64,000 bases of DNA from Mytilus edulis (Eukaryota). Positions within the stretch are counted from its first letter, which is position 1; each line of letters begins with the position of its first letter. The notes under the pieces were generated by a model. It saw only the letters and a list, made by a program, of their open reading frames with translations, ran no database searches and was not told where the DNA came from. This document shows positions 1-13,979 of this stretch, in pieces. The stretch is taken from positions 56,358,001 to 56,422,000 of the forward strand of contig NC_092355.1 in NCBI RefSeq assembly GCF_963676685.1, written 5' to 3'. A program made the translations under genes and the position numbers.

Positions 1-1024
1 GGGATGAGTTCAACTTCACCATTTGGAACTCTGGGTTTAATAGCTTCCTTTTGAGCAGCAACCCTCTATCAAGAAAATCATGATAGGAAATGCAAGCACG
101 GGAATATCGTATCAATTTGGAGATATATACCCCGTATGCAGGTGCTGCTGGAATGTTGCTGCTTAGAAAGGGACAGTTCACAATTGGAAAGCTGAAATCA
201 TCTCTTTTGTCGTAAAGTTTTGTTTTCAACCGACCCTGATTGTCAATTTCTAGATGTAAGTCAAGATATGAGGCCGACTTAACTGTATCTGTAGTATTCT
301 TTATCTCTAGCTCGATTGGATAGATGCGTTCCACATAGTCACCAAATGTTGAATTATTTAGCGAAAGAACATCATCTTTATATCGGAAAGTAGAGTTAAA
401 GGATATTGCTAACTTCTTATCTTTCTTCCTAGGAAGTTCCTGCATGAAGTCGGCCTCATAATAATATAGAAACAAGTCGACAAGTAGAGGGGCACAGTTT
501 GTTCCTATTGAAATGCCGACAGTCTGTTGAAAAACACGTCCTCCGAATGTAACACATATGTTGTCAATCAAGAAATCAAGCATCTTGATAATATCAGTTT
601 CAGAGAATTTTTTGTTTGAATCAGAGTGATCCTTTACAAAGTAGGATTTATCCCTCCCTAAGACAAGATACTTGTATCTACGTTGGCCATTCTTTTGTAT
701 GAAGCAAAGCAATACCAACTCTTTCAATTTTGGTTTGGAATGTGGAATAATTGTGAAAAGAGTAGAAAAGTCAAATGTTTTAAAACTGTTACAAGATGAA
801 AGAGAGTTAGATTGTATGTACTCTAAAAGATCTTTAGAATTTGTAAGAATCCACATCTGATTCACGACCCCTCTAGAATAGGCAGTTTCACAATAACTTT
901 GAAGCCCGTTTTTGATTGCTGATAAAATAGATGTTAATAATTGAGAAAGAGGTTTCATGGAGCACTTGGAAGACCCAGCTGTATACTGTTGTTTGTAAGG
1001 ACACTTATGTAGTTTAGGTATCCA
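1..1024 (-). mobile_element. Penelope-like element (PLE) reverse transcriptase, 5'-truncated, runs off the left edge
   Basis: Manual minus-strand translation gives ~341 codons with no stop: WIPKLHK...KTFDFSTLFT...FQQTVGISIGTNCAPLLVDLFL...FRYKDDVLSLNN...SASYLDLHL...LYDKRDDFSFPIVN...YGVYISKLIRYSRAC. These are PLE-type RT motifs. Probably missing from the ORF track because it has no stop inside the window. Confidence 0.9.
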
Positions 1025-1032
1025 ATTCCGTG

Positions 1033-2866
1033 ATGTGTATGTGATCAAAATAACGTCGGTTGCACTTGTTTTTTTCTAACTACAACTGTACTGAACACTA
1101 TCCTACAAAATGAAGGACACGAAACCATTTAAATGCCTGCTGCAATACAAATCATAATTTGTATGATTTCAAAACATCAGCGAACAAATTTCATTTGTTT
1201 TTAATTGTGTTATACATAGACAAGAAGAATCTATTCTTGTTATTTTGAATCTCTCTTTAGATTCTGTAAACGTTTCTAACATATTATATTTGACAGAATA
1301 CAGCTAGGCATTTTTTCGATTGAAACAATGAAATATTATCAGAGGGTTCGTGTTCTCCGTATTTAGATTTCTTTGTTGTCGTTTTTTCGACTTTAAATGT
1401 CCTTTGGTATTTTTTACTTCTCTTTTTACAATGTTTAGGAATAAAACATGTGAAATGCTACTTTCCTTTCAACATATATTAGTTATAGTGATGCATGAGA
1501 TAAAAGCTAGGAGTGATACACATAACTATGTAGCATCATACCAGCAACGCCCGAATATCTCCAAATTAATACGATATTCCCTGGCCTGTATGTCCTATCA
1601 TGATTTCCTTGATGAAGGGGTGCTGCTCACAAGGAAGCTATTAAAACAAGAGTTCCAAATCCTGAAGTTGAAATCATCTCTTTGTAAAATTTACGGACAT
1701 CATCATATGTTGGTTGACAGTTATGGAATATCCGTTTCACAGATGATATCGAATATGTTCTTTATCTCGTTGGAATAATCCTGTTCCCTTTTAACAAATA
1801 TGACCTACCGAATTAGACTATTTACCGGGTTTATTAGACTTCTATTATTTCAGTCTTACTAATTTATATGTTTACTGATGAGTGCCAGCCTACTGATTGC
1901 CCTGCAGATGTCAGTATAATTGTAATCTCCTAGTTATAGCAGTAAAATTATTAAAGGGGCAAAATTGAAAAAAAAAGAAAAAACATAATTAGGAAGGGAC
2001 ATGTAGCAAGTCGACGGGTTTATAATTACATAAATAACACCACAGGTACCACATGTTGAGCGGTTCCTACTTACTCTTCCGGAGCAACTGGGAACACTCC
2101 CTGTTTTTATGAGGTTTGTGTTGCTTAGTCTATAGTTTCTATGATGTGTCTTGTGTACTATTATTTGTCTGTTTGTCTTTTCATTTTTAACCATGTCATT
2201 GTCAATTTATTTTTTTATCTATACGTTTGACTGTCCCTCTGTATCTTTTTCTGCTCCTTTTCAGGTTATTTGTATTATAAACAAGGCCGTCGTGATGTCA
2301 CTTTTATGTTGTTACATATTTAAATTGACTTAGGAAGACTCTCCTTATAAAAATTGTTTTGCAACTAAACAATTATATATGCGAAGAAATCTTGTAACAA
2401 TGTATTTTGCTTTGCTTTACTCATAAATTTTAAGATCTAGCAAAGAGTCAAATGTGACAGATTATGCAGTTGTGCATGACATAAGGGAAGTTTGAAGACA
2501 AATGCCTGATACACAATTCAAACATACTACTGAACTTATGTTACGTGTTTTACCTACATGTTTCATGTTTTTGATGCCACATAAATATACTTATTTTACT
2601 TTTTTATTTTGTATGAGTTGCTTTTATATAATTCATCCAAATTTTCAGATTTTTAAAAGTATCTAAATATGCGGTATACCGATATCTTGTATCTAACAAA
2701 TCAAGTTAAACAAGATGTAAAAACAAATAACAAATCAGCTTTTTGAGAAACGTAAGGATACACACAAATAATATTTCCGACTAAAGGTCTCCGATATTAA
2801 ATCAAATTATCAAAATCATTCAAGACATATTGAAATCAGCATAATGTCTAAATGATGTGATTTACT
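1033..2866 (+). repeat. Segmental duplication, copy 1 (partner 51784-55102)
   Basis: Near-identical sequence from ATGTGTATGTGATCAAAATAACGTCGG to ATGATGTGATTTACT in both places, apart from insertions and indels. Confidence 0.95.
1530..2260 (+). mobile_element. PLE 3'-terminal fragment (RT C-terminus plus 3' tail), degenerate
   Basis: Encodes ISKLIRYSLACMSYHDFLDEGVLLTRKLLKQEFQILKLKSSL..YGHHHMLVDSYGISVSQMIS, homologous to the end of the RT at 1-130. It is followed by the ...TTTGTGTTGCTTAGTC...TTTGACTGTCCCTCTG tail, which recurs at about 16240, 39590, 47890 and, reversed, at 13555, 26320, 40500 and 42040. Confidence 0.85.
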
Positions 2867-2872
2867 AGTATA

Positions 2873-4183
2873 TAGTAGGAGATATTATGGACATAATTGT
2901 GCAAATCGTGATACAAGCATGAAATTTGGTATAAAGGATCACTAAATGATACTAAAATTAAATCCGATGCTGGCCAGAAAAAAAAATCATTTTTTCAAGA
3001 TGGCCACCACACATTTTGGAAATGGCGTCATTACAAATTGACAATAATTCGTTAATCCTTTAAAAAGTGTGTTATATGTAAAATCCAATGTTAGATTTGA
3101 TAAAAAGTAAATGACAGTTCCTAAATTACGACTAGACAATACATTAATGAAACTAAAGGTGACTACCGGTTTCAAAATGCCGGCAAAAAGGTCAAACATT
3201 TCAATTTTTATACTTTCAAACAACTTTACAAGGGATGTATAATCCAATGTTAGTTATTATGAAACGTTAAAAAAAAGTTCCTAAGTACGACGAAACAACA
3301 CATAAATGAAGAAAAATAGTGACTTCCGGTTCAAAAATGGCGGCAAATAACGTCTTTATAATTTCCATCAACTTAACAAGTGAGCTGCGTCGGATAGAAA
3401 TCGACCTCATGCAAGTGCATGCACACAGATACATGTATAAGACTTTGATCGATTTTGGAATGATGAAGATATAAAAGATGCATTTTATTCCGTTTAAAAG
3501 GGTTGTCCTCTTATGAAAATCTACCTTTGGAACAACTACAGACTTTCAAAGATTTTACAAATCAGGCCATTCCCACTGAATATGCTTAGGCTTTTCCAAA
3601 AGTGGCTGATCCGCAGTTACATTTGATGTTTCTCCAGATTAATTACATTTTCGCCTTAACCATCGAATACCAGAGAATTGCCTGGTAGGGCATACACATC
3701 GCTCTTGATGTCTATAAATAGTTTGCACATGCACAAAAGTGTGAAACACATGTGTATCATAACCTTGAAAATGTTATTAAACCAATTCATAATATCACTA
3801 GAAATCCCAAAACACTAAATATAAAGTAAATAGTTCATATGTTTTTGAAAGAATTTTTTTATTTTTTTGTGCATGCGCAAATACTGGATATGTCAAATAT
3901 TCATTTTTAATAAATATGTGACGTAAGGAAAGTAGCCACCAAACCTGGTAATTGGTTTTTACTAAAAGAAGTTCATAGAAAAGTTTTCCAGAAAAATCAG
4001 TATTTTCAAACTAAAGAAAACAGCCATTTTAGAAAATGGCCGTGGCCATCTTGAAATTATTTTTTTTAATGGCCAGCAGTTATTTCTTACAAAGTATATA
4101 ATAATGATGCTTTGTGGTAATTTTCATGCTTGTATCATCATTTGCACAATTCCCTCGATTTTGCTTGCTAATATTTTCCACTA
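2873..4183. mobile_element. Non-autonomous TIR DNA transposon (TAGT...ACTA ends; superfamily uncertain, Academ- or Tc1-like)
   Basis: Imperfect long TIRs: TAGTAGGAGATATTA...AATTGTGCAAATCGTGATACAAGCATGAAA vs TTTCATGCTTGTATCATCATTTGCACAATT...TAATATTTTCCACTA. Flanked by TATA on both sides, with an internal ~170-bp duplication. Confidence 0.75.
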
Positions 4184-4869
4184 TATAGGTTTATTATTTG
4201 TTTATAAGTTATTGTTGGCACATATATTGTTGTCAATTGATTGTTGAAATAACATTTAGGTTTAATTTAACCATACCATATCTACATTATGTTTTGTTGA
4301 CTTTTTGTTATGGTTTGGTCAGTTTTTCCTTGTTTTATGATTTTCTCAATTGAACAGATATTGTTGCCTGCGCGGTTATATACCTTTATAAGTGATTTCT
4401 TGGTTCTGCCAAATTCTAGATACAGCTTAATAGAAATTTGTATTTCGTGGATCAGTTACATTCGTGGTTTACTTTTACCCACGGAAGCCACAAACATTGG
4501 TATCCAATGAATAGCAATGAACCAACTGTTGTTAGAGTAACATTTTCGACATTTCCTAAATATGTTTGACAGAGCAGTTTTAATTATGTTGCATAGCAAT
4601 GGTCTCTTATACTTACGTTTGTTTTTAAATTGCAAGATACAAGTATGCATATACATGTATAAGAGGACTTGAATTGAAAGTACTTTGCACGAAATTACAG
4701 TTAGTAACTATGCGTCATCTTAGGGCAATGATCACCACATATAACTAGATCAAGCGTTATGCTGTTTTGTAGCCACCACAAGTATTATTCAGTCCTAAGT
4801 AGAAAATTACTGCCAAAAACAATTAAGTACACACAATAATGACAAAAGCAAAAACAACAGACAGCATAC

Positions 4870-7800
4870 AACCAATAATGTATAGGCTATTGACTTTGGA
4901 AAGGATCGTTTAAACCAATGATTCATAGGCTTATGACTTCGGAAGGATCGTTTTAACCAATGCTTTATTGGCTCATGACTTCGGAAAGGATCGTTTAAAC
5001 CAATGATTTATAGGCTCATTACTTCGGAAAGGATCGTTTAAACCAATGATTTATAGGCTCATTACTTCGGAAAGGATCGTTTAAACCAATGATTTATAGG
5101 CTCAGGAATTTGGAAAGAATCGCTTAAATTAATGAATTATAGGGTCATTACTTCGGAAAGGATCGTTTAAACCAATGATTTATAGGCTCATGACTTCAGA
5201 AAGGTTAAAATAAAACAAATGATTTATAGGCTCATGAATTCGGAAAGAATCGTTAAAACCAATGATTTATAGGCTCATGACTTCGGAAAGAATCGTTTAA
5301 ACCAATGATTTATAGGCTCATGAATTTGGAAAGAATCAATTAAACAAATGATTTATAGGCTCATGAATTTGGAAAGAATCGTTTAAACCAATGACTTATA
5401 GGCTCATGACTTCGGAAAGAATCGTTCAAACCAATGATTTATAGGCTCATGACTTCGGAGAGGATCGTTTAAACCAATGATTTATAGGCTCATGAATTCG
5501 GAAAGGATCGTTTTAACCAATGATTCATAGGCTTATGACTTCGGAAAGGATCGTTTTAACCAATGCTTTATAGGCTCATGACTTCGGAAAGGATCGTTTC
5601 AACCAATGATTTATAGGCTCATGCCTTCGGAAAAGATTGTTTAAACCAATGATTTATAGGCTTATGACTCCGGAAAGGATCGTTTAAATCAATGATTTAT
5701 AGGCTCATAACTTCGGAAAGGATCGTGTTAACCAATGATTTATAGGCTCATGACTTCGGAAAAGATCGTTTAAACCAATGATTTATAGGCTTATGACTTC
5801 GGAAAAGATCGTTTAAACCAATGACTTATAGGCTCAAGACTTCGGAAAGGATTGTTTAAACCAATGATGTATAGGCTCATGACTTCGGAAAGGATCGCTT
5901 AAACCAATTTTTTATAGGCTCATGACTTCGGAGAGGATCGTTTAAACCAATGATTTATAGGCTCATGGCTTCGGAAAGGATCGTTTAAACCAATGATGTA
6001 TAGGCTCATGACTTCGGAAAGGATCGCTAAAACCAATGATTTATAGGGTCATGACTTCGGAAAGGACCGTTTTAACCAATGATTTATAGGCTCATGACTT
6101 CGGAAAGGATTGTTTAAACCAATGATTTATAGGGTCATGACTTCGGAAAGGATCGTTGAAACCAATGATTTATAGGCTCATGACTTCGGAAAGGATCGTT
6201 TTAACCAATGATTTATAGGCTCATGACTTCGGAGAGGATCATTTTAACCAAGGATTTATAGGCTCATGACTTCGGAAAGGATCGTTTAAACCAATGATTT
6301 ATAGACTCATGACTTCCGAGAGGATCGTTTTAACCAATGATTTTTAGGCTCATGACTTCGGAAAGGATCGTTTAAACCAATGATTTATAGGGTCATGACT
6401 TCGGAAAGGACCGTTTTAACCAATGATTTATAGGCTCATGACTTCGGAAAGGATCGTTTAAACCAATGATTTATAGGCTCATGACTTCGGAAAGGATTGT
6501 TTAAACCAATGACTTATAGGCTCATGACTTCGGAAAGGATAGTTTAAACCAATGATTTTTAGGCTCATGACTTCGGAAAGGATCGTTTTAACCAATAATT
6601 TATAGGCTCATGACTTCGGAAAGGATTGTTTAAACCAATGACTTATAGGCTCATGACTTCGGAAAGGATCGTTTAAACCAATGATTTATAGGCTCATGAC
6701 TTCGGAGAGGATCGTTTTAACCAATGATTTATAGGCTCATGACTTCGGAAAGGATCGTTTAAACCAATGATTTATAGGGTCATGACTTCGGAAAGGATCG
6801 TTTAAACCAATGATTTATAGGCTCATGACTTCGGAAAGGATCGTTTTAACCAATGATTTATAGGCTCATGACTTCGGAGAGGATCATTTTAACCAATGAT
6901 TTATAGGCTCATGACTTCGGAAAGGATCGTTTAAACCAATGATTTATAGACTCATGACTTCGGAAAGGATCGTTTTAACCAATGATTTATAGGCTCATGA
7001 CTTCCGAGAGGATCGTTTTAACCAATGATTTTTAGGCTCATGACTTCGGAAAGGATCGTTTAAACCAATGATGATTTTTAGGCTCATGACTTCGGAAAGG
7101 ATCGTTTAAACCAATGACTTATAGGCTCATGACTTCGGAAAGGATTGTTTTAACCAATGATTTATAGGCTCATGACTTCGGAAAGGATCGTTTAAACCAA
7201 TGATTTATAGGCTCATGACTTCGGAAAGGATCGTTTTAACCAATGATTTATAGGCTCATGACTTCGGAAAGGATCGTTTAAACCAATGACTTATAGGCTC
7301 ATGACTTCGGAAAGGATTGTTTTAACCAATGATTTATAGGCTCATGACTTCGGAAAGGATCGTGTAAACCAATGACTTATAGGCTCATGACTTCGGAAAA
7401 GATCGTTTAAACCAATGACTTATAGGCTCATGACTTCGGAAAGGATCGTTTAAACCAATGATTTTTAGGCTCATGACTTCGGAAAGGATCGTTTAAACCA
7501 ATGACTTATAGGCTCATGACTTCGGAAAAGATCGTTTAAACCAATGATGTTTAGGCTTATGACTTCGGAAAGGACCGTTTTAACCAATGATTTATTAGCT
7601 CTTGACTTCGGAAAAGATCGTTTTAACCAATGATTTATAGGCTTATGAATTCGGAAAAGATCAATTAAACCAATGACTTATAGGCTCATGACTTTGGAAA
7701 GGATCGTTTTAACCAATGATTTATAGGCTCATGACTTCGGAAAAGATCGTTTTAACCAATGATTTATAGGCTTATGAATTCGGAAAAGATCAATTAAACC

Positions 7801-8315
7801 AATGACTTATAGGCTCATGACTTTGGAAAGGATCGTTTTAACCAATGATGTATAGGCTCATGACTTCGGAAAAGATCGTTTTAACCAATGATTTATAGGC
7901 TTATGAATTCGAAAAAGATCGTTTTAACCAATGATTTATAGGCTGATGAATTCGGAAAAGATCAATTAAACCAATGACTTATAGGCTCATGACTTTGGAA
8001 AGGATCGTTTTAACCAATGATTTATAGGCTCATGACTTCGGAAAGGATCGTTTTAACCAATGATTTATAGGGTCATGACTTCGGAAAGTACTGTTTGAAC
8101 CAATGATTCATAGGCTCATGACTTCGGAAAGGATTGTTTAAACCAATAATGTATAAGCTCATGACTTTGGAAAGGATCGCTTAAACCAATTTTTTATAGG
8201 CTCATGACTTCGGAAAGGATCGTTTAAACCAATGACTTATAGGCTCATGACTTCGGAAAGGATCGTTTAAACCAATGATTTATAGGCTCATGGCTTCGGA
8301 AAGGATCGTTTTAAA
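4870..8315. repeat. 43-bp tandem satellite, about 80 copies
   Basis: Consensus ATGACTTCGGAAAGGATCGTTTAAACCAATGATTTATAGGCTC repeated head-to-tail with point variants and no unique spacers. Confidence 0.98.
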
Positions 8316-9469
8316 CAAATTATTAAGAAAAGAAATGCATACACAATTAACTATCGTCTGATCATTGGTCCTTTCAGATAAATTTATTTTGAAATGTGTA
8401 AAGGAATCAATGGTTAATAAATGTCATGCAAATTTGGCATTATCTTAATATTTATTTTTTAAGGAGAAAACTAACAACCTGATTTATATTCAACAGTTGT
8501 AGAAAAATATAAAACGTACTTCAACCAAGACAATAGCTAAATAGCAGGCGCCTGGTTTGTGACAGACATCTACGCAATGCAAGGGTGTTTCACAAGTTTT
8601 TGAGCACTAAACCCTCCCCATTGCCTATGACAATGATGTAACAACGGAACTTAAAAAAAACAACAACATTAAACGTCAGGTGGAAACGTCTTGACTGATC
8701 ATATAAGAACGAATCCCAACAAAAACTATTATGAAAAATATAAAAAAAAACACAACTGGTACTTACGGCTACAAAAATATATCTAATAAACCAATATCAA
8801 CTTAACTTTCTCTAAGGCTTATGTAAATATTAGTTTGCATGTAATGTTATACAGTCTTTGCATTCATGATTTCATTTAGCTTCAAGCCGTTAATTGCGAA
8901 GATCACTGATCTTTCATTTTACATTCTTTATAGAAACAATAACACTCATATTTACACCTGTTTGTCTATAGATTCTCCTAAAATCGATAAAACTAAATAT
9001 TTCACCATCCTTAATTTTCATATTTAAGAAGGAGTGGCGTTGGGTACTTCATTTTAACCACCGAAAAATGAAAAAAAAACACTATTGAAATTCTTGTTTG
9101 TCATTTTATCGTGATGTTAGTCTTTTGTTCTATCGGTAGATTATCTTCTGTGAATCTACTGACTACTTTATTCAATAAATATCACTTATATTATAAATTT
9201 TACCATCGGATCTGTAGTCCTCTACAAATGAGTTCCATATGAAGGGCCAGCACTCAGGCGTTTTTCATCATAAATCATTACAGTCTTATGCCTTCTGACG
9301 ATTGGTGGCCATCATTTGTGATTGATTTGTCACGTTTGGTCAAACAACGGTATGCGCATACGATAAACTATAAGGAATTCATCAAATAAAAATACCCAGA
9401 AAAACAAACATACGGTGCTGTACAAAACTATGTGCCTGTCAAAAAACGCTGATTTAAATTAATCTGTTA

Positions 9470-10500
9470 ATTGAGTCTTTGTGGGTAGGCCTTCCAGTCT
9501 CGTTTAGTGCTTGAATAGAATGATTTCCTCCGAACAACTGTGTTGCAATATAATATTTGGAAGGAACCGCTATGCATTTATCGACTAAATCTGGTTGGTT
9601 TAATAAGTGTATCGGAGGCATCTATGTGGAATAGTCCATTTACATTTGTGTACCATAGCACTAATCTCGATTTTTTTCTTCGTTCTTCTAGGGATGCCAT
9701 TCTCATATTTCTAGCATGTCTGTGACATTTGAGGTGTTGTGATATCTGTTTTCGACGTATCTGGCAGCCCTTTGCTAAATCATATCAATGTGATGAGTAT
9801 CCTTCTTCAGATAGGGTTTCCGAGTTGTTGTACAGGCATATCCAGCAATCCGTTGAGCGAGTGCTTTATATACTCTTTCATTAAGTGTTAAATTTCTTAT
9901 TTTCAGGTTTTGTATCTCTTCACTTGATATCTAACGTTATAGAAACACTTAGACATTTGGCTACCGTCACATTTTGTACATGTAGTTTATTGCAATTGAG
10001 TTCATACTTGTTTATGGTTGGTTCTAAATTTTTTGTGATGGTGAGAAGATAAAAACATTTAGGATGGAAATTCATTTTCAAGTTTTGTTTCCATAATGCC
10101 AGTTTGTCAAGGTTTTATTGATTCTTACGTTATCAGATGTTATAGTAAGATATGCAATTGTGTCACCTGCAATTAATCGTAAAATTAATTTAATGTCTTC
10201 TATCATGTCATTGGTACAGTATTGGAACAAGATGGGGCCTAATACTGATCCGTATGGCACACCCGATTCTATTTCTAGCATCCTGAATATTTTCCTTCCA
10301 CAACTACAGCTTGTTTCCGGTCTCTAAGGAAATGATACATCCAAATGTTTTTGTTGTCTTTTTTTAACATAATAGTAAATAGTGTTCATAAACTGTGGGA
10401 AACTTTGTCGAAAGTTTTGCTGAAATTGATATTTATACAAAATGTTTGTTGACCTAGATCAATTGATTTTTTTTCTCTCAAAGATGACTGTATTCAACTT
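9470..10500 (-). mobile_element. Decayed non-LTR retrotransposon (CR1/L2-group LINE) RT 3' part
   Basis: Minus-strand motifs NFSKTFDKVSH (~10400), SGVPYGSVLGPILF and RLIAGDTIAYL (degenerate LFADD), and a terminal ..RDWKA.. motif near 9490. Multiple frameshifts and stops. Confidence 0.85.
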
Positions 10501-10769
10501 GTGAACGTTCTTCTATATTACTTTATAGCAGTGTCAGAATATTGACCGACACCGATACAAACAAACCATACATAAATACAACGTTTTGTTTTCAATCATT
10601 TAAACACAAATATCATAAATTTAAAATACAATTATTTGAAGTATGTACAATTTTTAAAGTTGGATCGAATTCCTTACTGTTTTACGTTCTATTCGATAGA
10701 AAAGCGGACTTTCAGCAATTGTAGACTGCTTTTATTATTTATGCAAAACTGGTTTTGCATTTTCATAGA

Positions 10770-10975
10770 TATAGAAAGATGTGGTATGAGTGCCAATGAG
10801 ACAACTTTTCATCCCAGTTACAATTTATAAATGTAAACCATTATAGATCAAGTTACGGTCTTCCACATTAGTCCAGGCTCAAATTGTACTGCAAGCTACA
10901 AATGTATAAAGGGCACCACAGAATACTAGTGTCAAACGGAAAACCCAACGGTCTAATCTATATAAAAAACAATCC
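10770..10975 (+). repeat. Dispersed repeat family 'AGATGTGGTATGAGTGCCAATGAGACAACT'
   Basis: The same head motif recurs at about 14700, 22645/22715 (duplicated), 32490, 37850 and 45090, and reversed at 56570-56920 and 59780-59960. Confidence 0.8.
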
Positions 10976-13644
10976 AAATTACATTTCTATTAGTTTACTA
11001 GATGAACTGTGATGTGAAATCGTATAAATAACGCTTTTACCCCCAAAACAATGAGATGAAAGTTATCAAAAGCAATATCAGTTATTCTTATTATTCGTTA
11101 CTATTTCATACCAAACACTACGAAACAACAAATAAGATCCTGCCTCAGAATAGCTTTTGAGTTCTCAAGGAAAAAACCAGTCATGGTATAGTGGTGTTAT
11201 TGTTAAAGTGAATTGTAATACCTGATCACCGCTATATATAGTAGCCATTTATAATGCAAGTTCAAACCAATGCCATCACTTAGCAGCTTTTAGGATTCCT
11301 TAGCTCAACATACTTATATAGTAAACTGGTTTCGCTTATTGCACGAATACATATCATCAGAGCTCACTTGGATTCAGTTGTTAAGCTTTTTGTATAATGT
11401 TGTCAATTGCATTGCTAGGGGAAACCAATCTTAAAGCAAAACCAGGTTAAATGTTCTATGATTTATAATTCATCAAAAGGTCGAAATTATTGTATATATT
11501 AAACAGAGGACACGTAAACTCTGGTTTTCAGGTGTTGTTTTCGTGTCAATTTGGAATTGAAAATTAAATGCCTTAATTGATGAAGATTATTCAAAGCAAA
11601 TTAATGTTTACTGGTATATCAAATTCACCCTGTTTTAAAATGATTGGTTGTGTTCAGTTATTACAGAAAACATATACTGCAATCTTAAAATGGATATTTA
11701 TACATTGTAGTGTGAGAACAAATTGTTTAACCATTTTTCTTTAATGAGTTATCAATATCTCAAAGCAAACCACTTTAAGACAATATTGTCATATATAAAA
11801 AGATGTTGTATGATTTTTTCTGTCGTCAAATCGATAATTTATTGCTACTTTTTCAATACGAACGCTGTACTTTCTCGTTTTGTTTCTCGTTTAGTTGCGA
11901 AAACACGACTTTTTGCTGATAAACGATAAAATTCAAAAAAATGTTTAAATAGACGGCGTAAAAAAAAATTGTATATAATTAAAGGCGTCAAGTCTCTTTT
12001 GATTTCTTCTGTAGTATTTGAGACAACATAATTCAAAAGTTATTAGATTTACGGAAAATATATTTATGAGATAATTTAAGAAACAAAAAAAGGTTACCGC
12101 TAGTTTATAGCATCTAGAGAGAAAATGCAATGGAGTATGAGGTAATCGAAATTATTATTAACATGATTAAAACATCTGTATTGATGTTTGAAAAGTCTTT
12201 GTTTTAACAGATATCATGTCTATATAGTTTTTTTCTGGTGTTGTTTGTATATAAGGATGATTATCAAAACATTATTCAGATTCAAGTCCTTACTTTAAAA
12301 GGTACATTGAATATGATCTTCTTTTCAACATGTTTATTAAGGTTATCTAGGTACTGACTGTGCGACAGTAATGAATGACAACACATGTCTGCAGCATTTC
12401 GTCTTATCATGCACACTGCTCTTCTGAATTCTAATATTACATCAAAAAGATGTAATACTTTCTAAAATGACCCTGTTTGAGTTATGTTTAAAAATCGAGA
12501 GGCGAAAAATACCAGAGATACCATGAATGTATTGTTGGCGTGTTTAAGATAGATAAATAGCTAAACTTATATGACATAAAATTCATAACATAGTACTTGG
12601 CTTTTGGCTAATTGTTTTCCCAAGGGCAATTCCTTCGTCTGAAGTCAGATGTATTAATATTTCCTTAATCGGAAATATACGTGTGTTAATTGGGTTAATA
12701 CAAGCTTAGTAACTGCAACTTTTTCTTATGAATATTTCATGAAGTCAAAACCCGGAAACAAATAATTCTTTTCAGCACGCAGTCAGATTGTCAAATTATT
12801 AATTTACCTTTTCGAAAAAGACTATTTACCGATAAATAACCTGGTATTACATTTTTACTGAAACGATTTGTTTTTCTAACAAGCATTTATTGGAATCACT
12901 TCTGTATTTACGTTAAATTATTTTTTGTGAAATGTTTAGGAGTCGTTTGATTTGTCCTCCAAATCTCCTAAATAATTTTTTTGTCTAACAATCAGGAACA
13001 ACCAATGTATGTGTGACTATTAAAGATTAAATCAAATAATATTCGGACAAGATAAAGTTTAACGTCCCCCGCGAAACCAAATGATTAACGTCAGATACAG
13101 TTGTTGTCTCTGAAGAAAATAGACTTGTTTTTGTCTTCATGGACATTATAAGTGAAATTAATTGTCTAGGAATCATCGTGCGCGATATCCAACGTACGTC
13201 TCAGAATGTTTGTCTAAACTGATTTTTGACCGATACAGACATAAACAACAAGCCCTACTGAACCATCCGTCTTTTAGTTTTAATATTATATATACTGCAA
13301 TACTTTATAGGTACAATAGTTTGCGAGTTTTAGACTCATGGATTTACATTTTTTGTACCTGCTATCATAAAGTGGCCATTGAAGAATCTAATTTTTTTAT
13401 ATATAGTTGTTTGTTTGTGTTCAAGTTAATTAGTGAGTTTTATGACAAACACAGTTCTGTAAGTAATGTTGATGAACTACAATACTACAATTATGCTGGC
13501 TTATTCCTTTCAATATTATTTTTATAATTATGTTTTCTTCAAAGTTTTAAAGGCTACAAGAGGGACGGACAAGTCGAAAATAAACTGACTACGTCATGGC
13601 TTTAAACACAAAAAAAAACAAATACACAAACAAAAGTACACACC

Positions 13645-13838
13645 ATTTGTACAGAATGTAACTAAAGCTCTGATTCCTTTCACGGATTTTGCTATACTTT
13701 TCGGAACTTTTGGATTATAGCTCTTCATCTTTTATATAAGCTTTGGATCTACATATTTTAGCCGAGAGCATCACTGAAGAGACATGTATTGTCGAAATGC
13801 ACATCTGGTGCAGAAAAATTGGTACCGTTAATGTTATA
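13645..13838 (+). ncRNA. Retrozyme fragment with a minimal type I hammerhead ribozyme (core ~13768-13811)
   Basis: GCATCA-CTGAAGA-GACA tgtat TGTC-GAAA-T gcac A-TC-TGGTGC gives an intact CUGANGA/GAAA core, 4-bp stem II, 6-bp stem I and an AUC cleavage triplet. It sits inside a reversed PLE tail. Confidence 0.75.
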
Positions 13839-13979
13839 ATATAAAGACTGAGTATCATAAAACCAACCAAATACTGGAGGATGATCTCATGTGCTCTGGA
13901 AGGATAGGTAGATCATGTTCTGCATCTGCCATGCTACTGATTTTTGTACAAACCCTGTAATAAGTCTAATAAGGATAAA

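Noticed and set aside
1870-1900. CTGATGAG hammerhead core
   Set aside because: No stem II or downstream GAAA, and the paralog at 52535 reads CTGATAAG.
4870-8315. CRISPR-like array
   Set aside because: Contiguous 43-bp monomers with no unique spacers, no cas genes, and a eukaryotic context.
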